This document shows, one piece after another, positions 55,764-64,000 of a stretch of DNA of 64,000 bases. Every line of letters starts with the position of its first letter. Position 1 is the stretch's first letter. The notes below the pieces were generated by a model. It ran no database searches and had not been told where the DNA came from. It was given only the letters and a program-made list of their open reading frames with translations. Source of the stretch: an uncultured Bacteroides sp. (GTDB taxonomy: Bacteria > Bacteroidota > Bacteroidia > Bacteroidales > Muribaculaceae); the NCBI GenBank assembly GCA_964555405.1, contig CAZKSF010000001.1, forward strand, positions 26,536 through 90,535, written 5' to 3'. The position numbers and the translations under genes are program-made.

Positions 55764-58259
55764 TTATTTCATCTTCTGCTCAAGCATCTTGATAAAATAA
55801 CCTCCCACTACCGCACGCGCCTGGAAACCACGCTGTTCGGGACGATCGGTGAATACCCAGTCGCTCATAGGAACACGGTTGGATGTCTCGTTCATGAAAT
55901 CATAGACCGGAGAGATGAACTCCACGAATGTCTCCTTATCGGGTGCCATAGTAGCGGTCCACATTATCCAGTCGGTCTTGGTGTAAAGTTCGCGGTTATC
56001 GAGCGGAAGTCCGTAACGGTTCTGTTTCGCAAGATAGTAAGGTATTTCCTTCCTGATAATTGAATCGGCAAAGACATCGAATCCCATCAGCTTATCCCAT
56101 ACCATATTATACTTCTGGCTCCAACTTCCGGGCTTATCGAATGTCAACCTGTAATGATCGCCGTCATTGGCAAGTTTCTCCCATTCAGTTGCCATTTCAC
56201 GTGCCATTTTATCGTATTTTTCGGCTACCTCTTTTTTCCCAAGCATTCCGGCAAGATAACTGTATGATTCAAGCCCCATGATAGCTTTGACCGAAAGATT
56301 TGCGTTATGAGCGAAGTGACCGGCAAAATCGTCAGTACAAAGCTGATTCTCAGGATCAAGACCAAATTCTGCAAGATATTCAGCCCATGTTGTAAGAGTC
56401 GACCAGTGTTTTGCGGCATAATCGGCATTCCCTTCAATGCGGGCAAGCGCGCCGGCAAGAATCAGCATATTACCTCCCTCTTCGACAGGCATGTCACCAC
56501 CATAAGTCTGACCGTTTGCAAGCGGATATGTTCCGACATCGTGTGCCGGGAATGGTTTTACCCAGCCGTATTTCTCGCTGTAATCAAAAATATGGTTCAT
56601 AAGCCCCTTTACAAGTTCGGGATTGTACAGCAGGAACAACGGTGCCGACGGATAGGTTATGTCAACCGTGCCGATAGAGCCATTGCTGAAATTCTCCTTC
56701 GAAAACCATAGAAGTTCACCGTCGGGTGATTCGACGAGCTTGTGCGCCGCAATTGCCTGACGGTAAGCGAGTGCGCAAAGAGCCGCATATTCCTCGCCCC
56801 CGGCTTCGGTAGCCTGTGCGAGCATTTCCCTATCAAATTCTGCGGTTTCTTTCATCAGTTGCGGATAATCGCGGGCTGCCGATGCGAGCTGATCAGCAAT
56901 CGTTGAACTATTGTTGCGGTTCCAGTAGGGCCGGAGATTATTCCCGAAATACTGAATCGAATAACCGTCGTCGTAAGCAAACATCAGAAATCCCGAAACA
57001 GCCGATTTACCCACTTTACCCTTATCGATAACCATGCCTATGCGTTCGCCAACGACCGGAATAATCGAATCACCGGCTATAAAAGCCTGACGCGCTGCCA
57101 CTCCATCAGCGATAAACGGTGTTACACCATCCTTGGCGGATGCAAGATAGAAACGCCCCCAGTCAATGCGTACATCATCGCCGGAACGGTTAACAGGATT
57201 CTGTTCGACATTAGCGACAGTCACCGCACACAGATTATCAGGCAGTTCCAATATTGATGACTCGGCAGTCTGACCGATATTGTCCAGCGCCCATTCTTTT
57301 CCAGCCTCTACGTAAAACTCCACGTCGTGCTCCTGACCGTCATTTGAAACCACCTCATAGGTCATATAATTCACCGGACGCGACAGCAAGTCAAGCCGGT
57401 CAAGGAAAGCAGGAGCCGTAAATGTAATCTTAAGATCAGTCGCGCCGCAAGTGAAAGTATAGATAGTGTTCATCGGATTCACAACGGCAGAAGTCTGCAC
57501 TGCCTCATTGGTGAAAAAGCGCGATGCCGACATCTCGGCATCCACACCATAATCAACAAACGCGAGTCCTCCGCGATCCATACACCAGGCGGCTATCACA
57601 TTGCCCTGAGGGCGCAAGGTAGCCTTGACTTCATCGCTAAGCTCGGCTGTGCGGTTCTTCTGTGCGTCATTACCGGTATCGACCACTTTTATTCCGTTGA
57701 TATAACCTATCATATCATCATCGTGTGAGTAATTGAGATACAATGGTTTATCCGAGACATCCTCCGGCATGTCGAATGTGCGGCGTGTCCATATCTCCGG
57801 ACCGTTCCATTCTGTTTTAGCAAGACTTTCGGCAGGTATCGAACCGAATGCACCCTCACCCGAATTCCATGACGAATCATCAAAACCCGGCTTCATCCAG
57901 TCATCCGAAGGTTTTTCGGTGACAAATCTGCCACTCCACGCCCCGCTTGCCGCAGTAGGTACGATATTTGTCAGTATCGGAAGTTCCTGCCCCATGAAGC
58001 GATAAATCTCACCGTCGATGCGCACGGCACCTATAAGCGGGAAGGGTTTGCCGGTCCAGTGGGTGACACCTGCACCGTACAGCTGATCAGAAGCCGACCA
58101 TGCACTTGTGTAAGGGTCAATAGTCACAAGCGGATATGCCGGAGCCCTGAGCGCTACCGGCTCAGAGGCGTCCGGCTTATGGCAGCTCTGAAGTGTTAAA
58201 ACTCCACCGGTCAGCACGACGACAGATGCTGCCAGCGGGAGTAGTCTGAAATTGTACAT
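55764..58259 (-). CDS. 'Glutaminase A'-family lipoprotein (DUF4964/DUF5127/DUF4965-type) with inserted galactose-binding-like domain
   Basis: Lipobox LQSC; RAPAYPLVTIDPY, KENFSNG..TVD, HDVG.YP, MPVEE.GNM, QLCTDDFAG and YTKTDW; start placed at ATG 58259. Confidence 0.88.
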   Translation of the reverse strand: MYNFRLLPLAASVVVLTGGVLTLQSCHKPDASEPVALRAPAYPLVTIDPYTSAWSASDQLYGAGVTHWTGKPFPLIGAVRIDGEIYRFMGQELPILTNIVPTAASGAWSGRFVTEKPSDDWMKPGFDDSSWNSGEGAFGSIPAESLAKTEWNGPEIWTRRTFDMPEDVSDKPLYLNYSHDDDMIGYINGIKVVDTGNDAQKNRTAELSDEVKATLRPQGNVIAAWCMDRGGLAFVDYGVDAEMSASRFFTNEAVQTSAVVNPMNTIYTFTCGATDLKITFTAPAFLDRLDLLSRPVNYMTYEVVSNDGQEHDVEFYVEAGKEWALDNIGQTAESSILELPDNLCAVTVANVEQNPVNRSGDDVRIDWGRFYLASAKDGVTPFIADGVAARQAFIAGDSIIPVVGERIGMVIDKGKVGKSAVSGFLMFAYDDGYSIQYFGNNLRPYWNRNNSSTIADQLASAARDYPQLMKETAEFDREMLAQATEAGGEEYAALCALAYRQAIAAHKLVESPDGELLWFSKENFSNGSIGTVDITYPSAPLFLLYNPELVKGLMNHIFDYSEKYGWVKPFPAHDVGTYPLANGQTYGGDMPVEEGGNMLILAGALARIEGNADYAAKHWSTLTTWAEYLAEFGLDPENQLCTDDFAGHFAHNANLSVKAIMGLESYSYLAGMLGKKEVAEKYDKMAREMATEWEKLANDGDHYRLTFDKPGSWSQKYNMVWDKLMGFDVFADSIIRKEIPYYLAKQNRYGLPLDNRELYTKTDWIMWTATMAPDKETFVEFISPVYDFMNETSNRVPMSDWVFTDRPEQRGFQARAVVGGYFIKMLEQKMK

Positions 58260-58390
58260 AGTATGTTTGATTAGTAATCTTTGATATGCGAAATTAATCA
58301 TTATCAGAGAGGTGCGATGTGCGGTTTTTGGTCAAAAAAGTATGTTTTATGTCGGATTATTGCTAACTTTGACCGAAATTTCTGAATACC

Positions 58391-61300
58391 ATGTATAAGA
58401 GAATCAAACTATCCATACATCACATTCTCTCACTGCTTTCCATATTCATAGTCACTTTCTGCCATTTAGAGGCAGACGCATACAATATGCGCCGTATTAC
58501 CAATACAGACGGATTGAACAACAGTGCCATTCTTTCACTGTGTAACAGCGAATCGGGATTACTGTGGATAGGGACCTGTGACGGTGTAAACCTTTATGAC
58601 GGTCTTACAGTCTATGGATTCGAATCAATTTTTCCGGATCTTCGCCTGTCAGGAAACATCATAGAATCCATGATGGAAGGTGAGCCGGGAGAAATGTGGA
58701 TAAGTACCAACTTCGGCATCGACCGTATCGACACCCGCAAGGGGACAATGGATGAATTTCCGCAATTTCACGGACGCGAAATCATCGCAAAAAATTCCCG
58801 GAATGACCTGTTCTTATTGGATGAGAATAACCGGGTACACCGGTTCGACCGGGAGGATCACTCATTTCACATTCTGCCGGGTGTGGAAGCTGACCATGAA
58901 AATGTATTCGTACTCGGCTTCGTTGCCAACCGCATGATAACGTTCGGTCCCGACGGAATATATTCAATCAGCCTCATGCCTGAAAATGAAGTCGATCCCG
59001 CTCAACGTCGTATAACGGTGGACAACGATAAACTTGTGTATGCCGGATTTGACCGTAAATTCGTGTATACTGTCAATGATCATGGGGTGATACGTCGGTT
59101 CGATCCGGTGACGTTTACAAGTGATTCGATTACTGCCATTCCGGCACAGATTGCCGAACGGGGCGAGATTTCGGGTATTGTCGCCGACAAACGTAACAAC
59201 CTGTTTATCTCGTTCACCACCGATGGTGTTATTCTGGCGGATGCCGCTAACAATTACTCCACCCGCCCGCTCGACATTGATGTCGGCGTGTTCTGTCTCG
59301 CTGCTTCCGACAATCAGGAGGTGATATGGATTGGTTCTGACTGCCACGGACTTTATAACTACTTTTCTTCGGAATACATGGTTCAATCACTTGATTTCAC
59401 ACGGTTCGACGCCCTCATCTCTCACCCTGTGCGATCACTTCTGATTGACGATGACCATAATCTGTGGATAGGCACCAAGGGTGACGGACTGCTCCGGGTT
59501 GCCGGTTTCAACACTGCCGACGGATCACATAAAGGAATTGCCCGCTTTACTACCACCAACTCCCCACTACGTAGTAATCAGGTATTTGCCACTGCTCCGG
59601 GCGCTCACGACCGCATATGGATCGCAACTGAAGAAGGAGTGAACATGTACGACCGCCGCACGGGACATATCCATGCTATCGATACCCCTCCGTTTAAAGC
59701 GCGATGGCTCCATGGAATATATGAACAAGGTGATTCCGTACTTTGGATGGCATCGACCGGTCAAGGTGTTTTCCGTGCCCGCATCGACAACAGCCAGCCG
59801 GTGCCCCGACTGTACGATGTACATCAGTATCTGAGCGGCGACGGGAAACATTCCAGCAACTACATATTCGCGCTGGCAGCGGGCCTGAAAGGTAACCCCG
59901 TATTCGGCAACCGCGGTCTCGGTGCTTTCATTCTGGATGAGAAAGCAGATACACTGAAGTTGCTGCCATTGCATAACTCATACGATACAAACACCATAAA
60001 TGATGTTTTTGCTATCCTCCCTCAGGACTCCACACTATGGCTGGGTACCGGACACGGACTTATACGACGCACTCCAAACAACGAACAGATATATATAGGG
60101 AAAACCCAAGGTTTTTCAAATAATACCGTACACTCGGTGATGAAAAGCTCATGCGGCGATATATGGATTTCGACCAACCGCGGTCTTGTAAGTCTGAATC
60201 CGGCAACCGGACACACACGTTCTTATGACCGTATTTCCGGAGTCACTGTATCGGAATTCAGCGACGGAGCGGCATGTCTCGCCGGTGACAGCATAATCAT
60301 ATTCGGTGGTACCGACGGTATAGCTATAGTGAGCCGCAACGGTGATTTCAGACCGGACACAAGCTATAGTCCTGAAATACAACTGATCGGTTTATCCATA
60401 GGTGATAAAAAAGTGGGTATTCACCGTTATTATGACTCTGAGGCACGACGCCTGTCACTCGAAAATGATAACAGCTCCTTTTCATTAGTGTTCTCGCTCT
60501 CCGATTTTATCACGGCTGTGAACACCTATTTCTATTACTCGCTCGATGGAAAAGAATGGTATAATAATGCAACGAGCAATATTTTGTCATTCAATGGTCT
60601 GCCTCATGGCAACCATTCTCTGCGCGTGAAATACGTGAATAACGAGACAGGCTACGAAAGTCCCGTATCACAGTTTGATATATACGTTGCTCCGCCCTGG
60701 TATCTCTCTCCCATCTCCATAATACTGTATATCCTGATAGTGATTGCCGCAATCGGCTGGTTCATATATACGCTTCTACGCCGCCAGCGCCTTAACCAGA
60801 AACGGGAACTGGAAGATATGCAGCGGGCGCATAAAGATGAAGTTTATGAAGAGAAACTAAAATTCTTCACCAATATAACTCATGAATTCTCGACGCCTCT
60901 GACACTGATATACGGTCCGTGCGAACGAATCCTCGCTTATGAAAAGACTGACAGTTACATTCACAAATATGTGTCACTGATACGGAGCAATACCCAGCGC
61001 CTGAATAATCTCATTCAGGAAATCATCGATTTCCGCCGTATCGAAACCGGTAATAACCGCCGGAAGGTACGTCATATCGACGTCAGCGATCTGTGTAACG
61101 AAACCATTAATTCGTTCAGTGATCTTGCGGAACGTAACGGAGTGGCGGTCATCAACGAGGTGCAACCTGACATAGCATGGAATACGGATTACCGATGCCT
61201 CAGTAAAATCATCACGAACCTTATTTCCAACGCCTTCAAATATACTCCGACCGGCGGTACAATCAGGATCGGACTCAAAGTTTGCGAGAACGACTCTCTG

Positions 61301-62476
61301 CAGCTGACTGTCTGGAACACGGGCAAGGGTATCAGAGAAGAAGATAAGGAGAGGATATTCAACCATTACGCCATCCTGGATAATGTAGAGGAAAACGCCA
61401 CGAAAGGATTGTCGGCACGCAACGGACTGGGCATGGCAATATGTCATTCGATGGTTGAAATACTTGAAGGAAACATCGAAATTGAAAGCGTGGTAGGCAA
61501 GTATGCATCTTTTATAGTAACACTCCCCGCTCTTGAACCGGATGAAGATACACCCGCAGAACACACCGCCACTCCCGCGGCAATAGCTGTCCCAGAAATA
61601 CCTGTTTCATCTCAGAGTATTGTGAAGCCGACAGTATCAGCCCCCGGACCTCTGCCGACAGAACGTGATGCTTCCCGCTCGCGAATCCTTATTGTGGATG
61701 ACAACCGGGAAATGCTCACATTGCTTTCGGATTCACTTTCAGAGTACGATATAACCACTGCGACCGACGGACGCGAGGCTATTGACCTGATAGTGCAGTC
61801 GCCTCCCGACCTGATTATTACAGATGTAATGATGCCCGGAACGGACGGACTCGAACTGACACGGCAGATAAAGGCAAACCGGCACACCCGGCATGTACCG
61901 CTTATTATTCTGTCTGCGAAGAACTCCAATGAGGAAATGGTGCAGGGTATCGAATCGGGAGCCGATATTTATATTGGAAAGCCTTTCAGCTTCAGTTATC
62001 TCAGAGCCGTCATAAACAGACTACTCGACTTCAAACATAAACTGAAAGAATATTACAACAACTCCGACAGTGCGTACGAGTACTCCAAGGGACAGCTCGT
62101 GCGAAGTGAAGACAAGGAATTTTTCGACAGATATGTGGCATTTATCGACTCGCGTCTCGACGATCCTGATTTGCGTACTGAGTCTATAGCTGATCACTTC
62201 AATATGTCGGCACGTGTGCTGACACGCCGGCTCAAGGAAATGGATCAGGTTTCGCCAAGCGAATTCATAAAGACTCACCGCATGAACAATGCCGCCCGAC
62301 TGTTGCGCACAACTTCGCTGACAATTGGTGAGATTATTTTCCGGTGCGGGTATTCCAACCGTTCACACTTCTACACGGAATTCCGAAAGAACTTTTCAGT
62401 GACTCCGCGCGAATACCGGATGCAGCAGACATGTGTCGATGACTCGCTTTCGATGAGTACAGAACCGGACGAATGA
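58391..62476 (+). CDS. Hybrid two-component system sensor/regulator
   Basis: Reg_prop propeller repeats, Y_Y_Y domain, TM segment, HisKA FFTNITHEFSTPL, HATPase, receiver domain (IVDDN, TDVMMP) and AraC HTH. Confidence 0.96.
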   Translation: MYKRIKLSIHHILSLLSIFIVTFCHLEADAYNMRRITNTDGLNNSAILSLCNSESGLLWIGTCDGVNLYDGLTVYGFESIFPDLRLSGNIIESMMEGEPGEMWISTNFGIDRIDTRKGTMDEFPQFHGREIIAKNSRNDLFLLDENNRVHRFDREDHSFHILPGVEADHENVFVLGFVANRMITFGPDGIYSISLMPENEVDPAQRRITVDNDKLVYAGFDRKFVYTVNDHGVIRRFDPVTFTSDSITAIPAQIAERGEISGIVADKRNNLFISFTTDGVILADAANNYSTRPLDIDVGVFCLAASDNQEVIWIGSDCHGLYNYFSSEYMVQSLDFTRFDALISHPVRSLLIDDDHNLWIGTKGDGLLRVAGFNTADGSHKGIARFTTTNSPLRSNQVFATAPGAHDRIWIATEEGVNMYDRRTGHIHAIDTPPFKARWLHGIYEQGDSVLWMASTGQGVFRARIDNSQPVPRLYDVHQYLSGDGKHSSNYIFALAAGLKGNPVFGNRGLGAFILDEKADTLKLLPLHNSYDTNTINDVFAILPQDSTLWLGTGHGLIRRTPNNEQIYIGKTQGFSNNTVHSVMKSSCGDIWISTNRGLVSLNPATGHTRSYDRISGVTVSEFSDGAACLAGDSIIIFGGTDGIAIVSRNGDFRPDTSYSPEIQLIGLSIGDKKVGIHRYYDSEARRLSLENDNSSFSLVFSLSDFITAVNTYFYYSLDGKEWYNNATSNILSFNGLPHGNHSLRVKYVNNETGYESPVSQFDIYVAPPWYLSPISIILYILIVIAAIGWFIYTLLRRQRLNQKRELEDMQRAHKDEVYEEKLKFFTNITHEFSTPLTLIYGPCERILAYEKTDSYIHKYVSLIRSNTQRLNNLIQEIIDFRRIETGNNRRKVRHIDVSDLCNETINSFSDLAERNGVAVINEVQPDIAWNTDYRCLSKIITNLISNAFKYTPTGGTIRIGLKVCENDSLQLTVWNTGKGIREEDKERIFNHYAILDNVEENATKGLSARNGLGMAICHSMVEILEGNIEIESVVGKYASFIVTLPALEPDEDTPAEHTATPAAIAVPEIPVSSQSIVKPTVSAPGPLPTERDASRSRILIVDDNREMLTLLSDSLSEYDITTATDGREAIDLIVQSPPDLIITDVMMPGTDGLELTRQIKANRHTRHVPLIILSAKNSNEEMVQGIESGADIYIGKPFSFSYLRAVINRLLDFKHKLKEYYNNSDSAYEYSKGQLVRSEDKEFFDRYVAFIDSRLDDPDLRTESIADHFNMSARVLTRRLKEMDQVSPSEFIKTHRMNNAARLLRTTSLTIGEIIFRCGYSNRSHFYTEFRKNFSVTPREYRMQQTCVDDSLSMSTEPDE

Positions 62477-62481
62477 CCATT

Positions 62482-62512
62482 ATTTTGTATGAATCACGAC
62501 AAATTCTGTATG
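62482..62512 (+). promoter_or_regulatory. Candidate HTCS operator: direct repeat with 21-bp period
   Basis: attttgtatg (62482-62491) and attctgtatg (62503-62512) upstream of the -7 box TAacTTTG (62593-62600). Confidence 0.45.
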
Positions 62513-62638
62513 TTTTCCGACATTTTTCGCTGATTACCCTATATCTTACAACTTTGACATAATACGGTACATCCTGATAAATGTACCATCACTAACTTTG
62601 CACCGTAACCAATGAACAAACTTCCACGAAACAAAACA

Positions 62639-64000
62639 ATGGAAAATATGAAACATCGTTTTCTGATCACTTTATCGGGCATGCTGCTCGCATCGGCAGG
62701 ATCTGCAGTAAGTGCCGCAAATGTCCCGGTGTGCGCCGCAGATAACACTGCGGTCACCGATCAGTACTCGCGTACATGCCGTCCGCCTCAGAATGAACGT
62801 CTGTTCCGCTCGGATGCTGTCGAGGCGCAGATAGCGCGCGTAAAGGCACTTCTTACTAATCCGAAGCTCGCCTGGATGTTCGAGAATTGTTTTCCTAACA
62901 CTATAGATACAACGGTTCACTTCCGCAAAGATAAGGAGGATGGCAAAAACGATACATTTGTTTACACCGGCGACATCCATGCCATGTGGCTCCGCGACTC
63001 CGGCGCTCAGGTATGGCCATATGTCCAGCTCTGCGCCGCCGATCCGAAACTCAAGGATATGGTTGAAGGGGTAATCCGTCGCCAGTTCAAGTGCATCCTG
63101 CTCGATCCTTATGCCAATGCCTTCAATGATGGTCCTACCGGCGGAGAATGGATGACAGATATGACTGAGATGCGACCCGAGGTTCACGAGCGTAAATGGG
63201 AAATCGACTCGCTCTGTTATCCGGTACGACTCGCCTATGAATACTGGAAAGTTACCGGAGATGACTCGATTTTCGACAACACCTGGCTTCAGGCTATAAC
63301 CACCATACTCGCCACTTTCAAAGAGCAGCAGCGTCGCGACGGTGTAGGTTCATACACATTCATGCGCTCATCGGAACGCGCTCTGGACACTCTCAACAAT
63401 AATGGTAACGGTTCGCCCGTAAAACCGTGCGGGCTGATAGTATCGTGCTTCCGGCCGAGCGACGATGCCACCACCCTGCAGTATCTGGTACCGTCAAATT
63501 TCTTCGCGGTATCTATTCTCCGCAAGGCGGCTGAAATTCTGTCTACGGTTAACGGTAATAACGAGCTTGCAAACGAGTGTAGCGACCTCGCCAACGAAGT
63601 GGATACCGCTCTCGCACAATATGCCGTAGTCAATCATCCGGTTTACGGATCGATATACGCATTTGAAGTAGACGGCTTCGGAAACGCATATATGATGGAC
63701 GATTCAAACGCACCGAGTCTGCTGTCACTCCCCTATCTCAGCGATGTGGATGTGAACGATCCGATATATCAGAATACACGCCGTTTCGTATGGAGCGACA
63801 GCAACCCCTACTTCTTCTCCGGGAAAGCCGGCGAAGGTATCGGAGGACCCCACGTCGGTTATGATATGATATGGCCCATGAGTGTGATGATGAAGGCGTT
63901 CACAAGTACCGACGACAATGAAATCGCTGCTTGTATACGTTCGGTGATGGATACCGACGCCGGTACAGGATTCGTTCATGAATCATACAACAAGGACGAC
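62639..64000 (+). CDS. GH125 exo-alpha-1,6-mannosidase, 3'-truncated by window edge (absent from the supplied ORF track)
   Basis: My translation gives [71 protein letters not shown] and GIGGPH; start is 62639 or 62648. Confidence 0.95.
   Translation, partial: MENMKHRFLITLSGMLLASAGSAVSAANVPVCAADNTAVTDQYSRTCRPPQNERLFRSDAVEAQIARVKALLTNPKLAWMFENCFPNTIDTTVHFRKDKEDGKNDTFVYTGDIHAMWLRDSGAQVWPYVQLCAADPKLKDMVEGVIRRQFKCILLDPYANAFNDGPTGGEWMTDMTEMRPEVHERKWEIDSLCYPVRLAYEYWKVTGDDSIFDNTWLQAITTILATFKEQQRRDGVGSYTFMRSSERALDTLNNNGNGSPVKPCGLIVSCFRPSDDATTLQYLVPSNFFAVSILRKAAEILSTVNGNNELANECSDLANEVDTALAQYAVVNHPVYGSIYAFEVDGFGNAYMMDDSNAPSLLSLPYLSDVDVNDPIYQNTRRFVWSDSNPYFFSGKAGEGIGGPHVGYDMIWPMSVMMKAFTSTDDNEIAACIRSVMDTDAGTGFVHESYNKDD

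Larger units (their letters stand above)
40089..64000. other. Polysaccharide utilisation locus, alpha-mannan type (continues past the right edge)
   Basis: SusC/SusD, HTCS, two GH76 modules, GH92 and GH125; this enzyme set matches known Bacteroides fungal alpha-mannan PULs. Confidence 0.88.

Noticed and set aside
1-64000. tRNA, rRNA, CRISPR arrays, transposases, integrases and prophage genes
   Set aside because: None were recognised by eye; tRNAscan-SE, Infernal and ISEScan would be needed to exclude degenerate cases.

Overview
Chromosomal window from a gut Bacteroidales organism; gene order, roughly 50% GC and short T9SS-type C-terminal tails suggest Muribaculaceae (inference). The left half is mostly core genes: pgi-gpsA-lysS, pyrE, ftsX-uppP-truB-queA-yigZ-gluQ, miaB, succinate CoA-transferase, tamAB and aspC. 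It also carries a small AT-rich accessory islet (four-helix-bundle gene, FHA gene, candidate sRNA) and a cobalamin-riboswitch operon (BtuB-like TonB receptor plus two proteins with T9SS-type tails). The right part (40.1-64 kb) is an alpha-mannan-type polysaccharide utilisation locus: HTCS, SusC/SusD, two GH76 modules, GH92, GH125, a 'glutaminase A'-family protein and an unclassified GH-like domain fused to GH76. The most striking element is a two-gene cassette at 35.1-39.9 kb bracketed by a 35-bp duplicated promoter-like sequence. It encodes a T9SS-type scaffold with five exact 68-aa repeats that look like Ig domains lacking strands A-B, and a small secreted beta-helix-like protein that ends in two free beta-strands and has a low-GC core. 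I hypothesise a split-Ig docking and display system. No tRNA, rRNA, CRISPR array, integrase or transposase was seen. All family assignments come from motif recognition by eye, not database searches.
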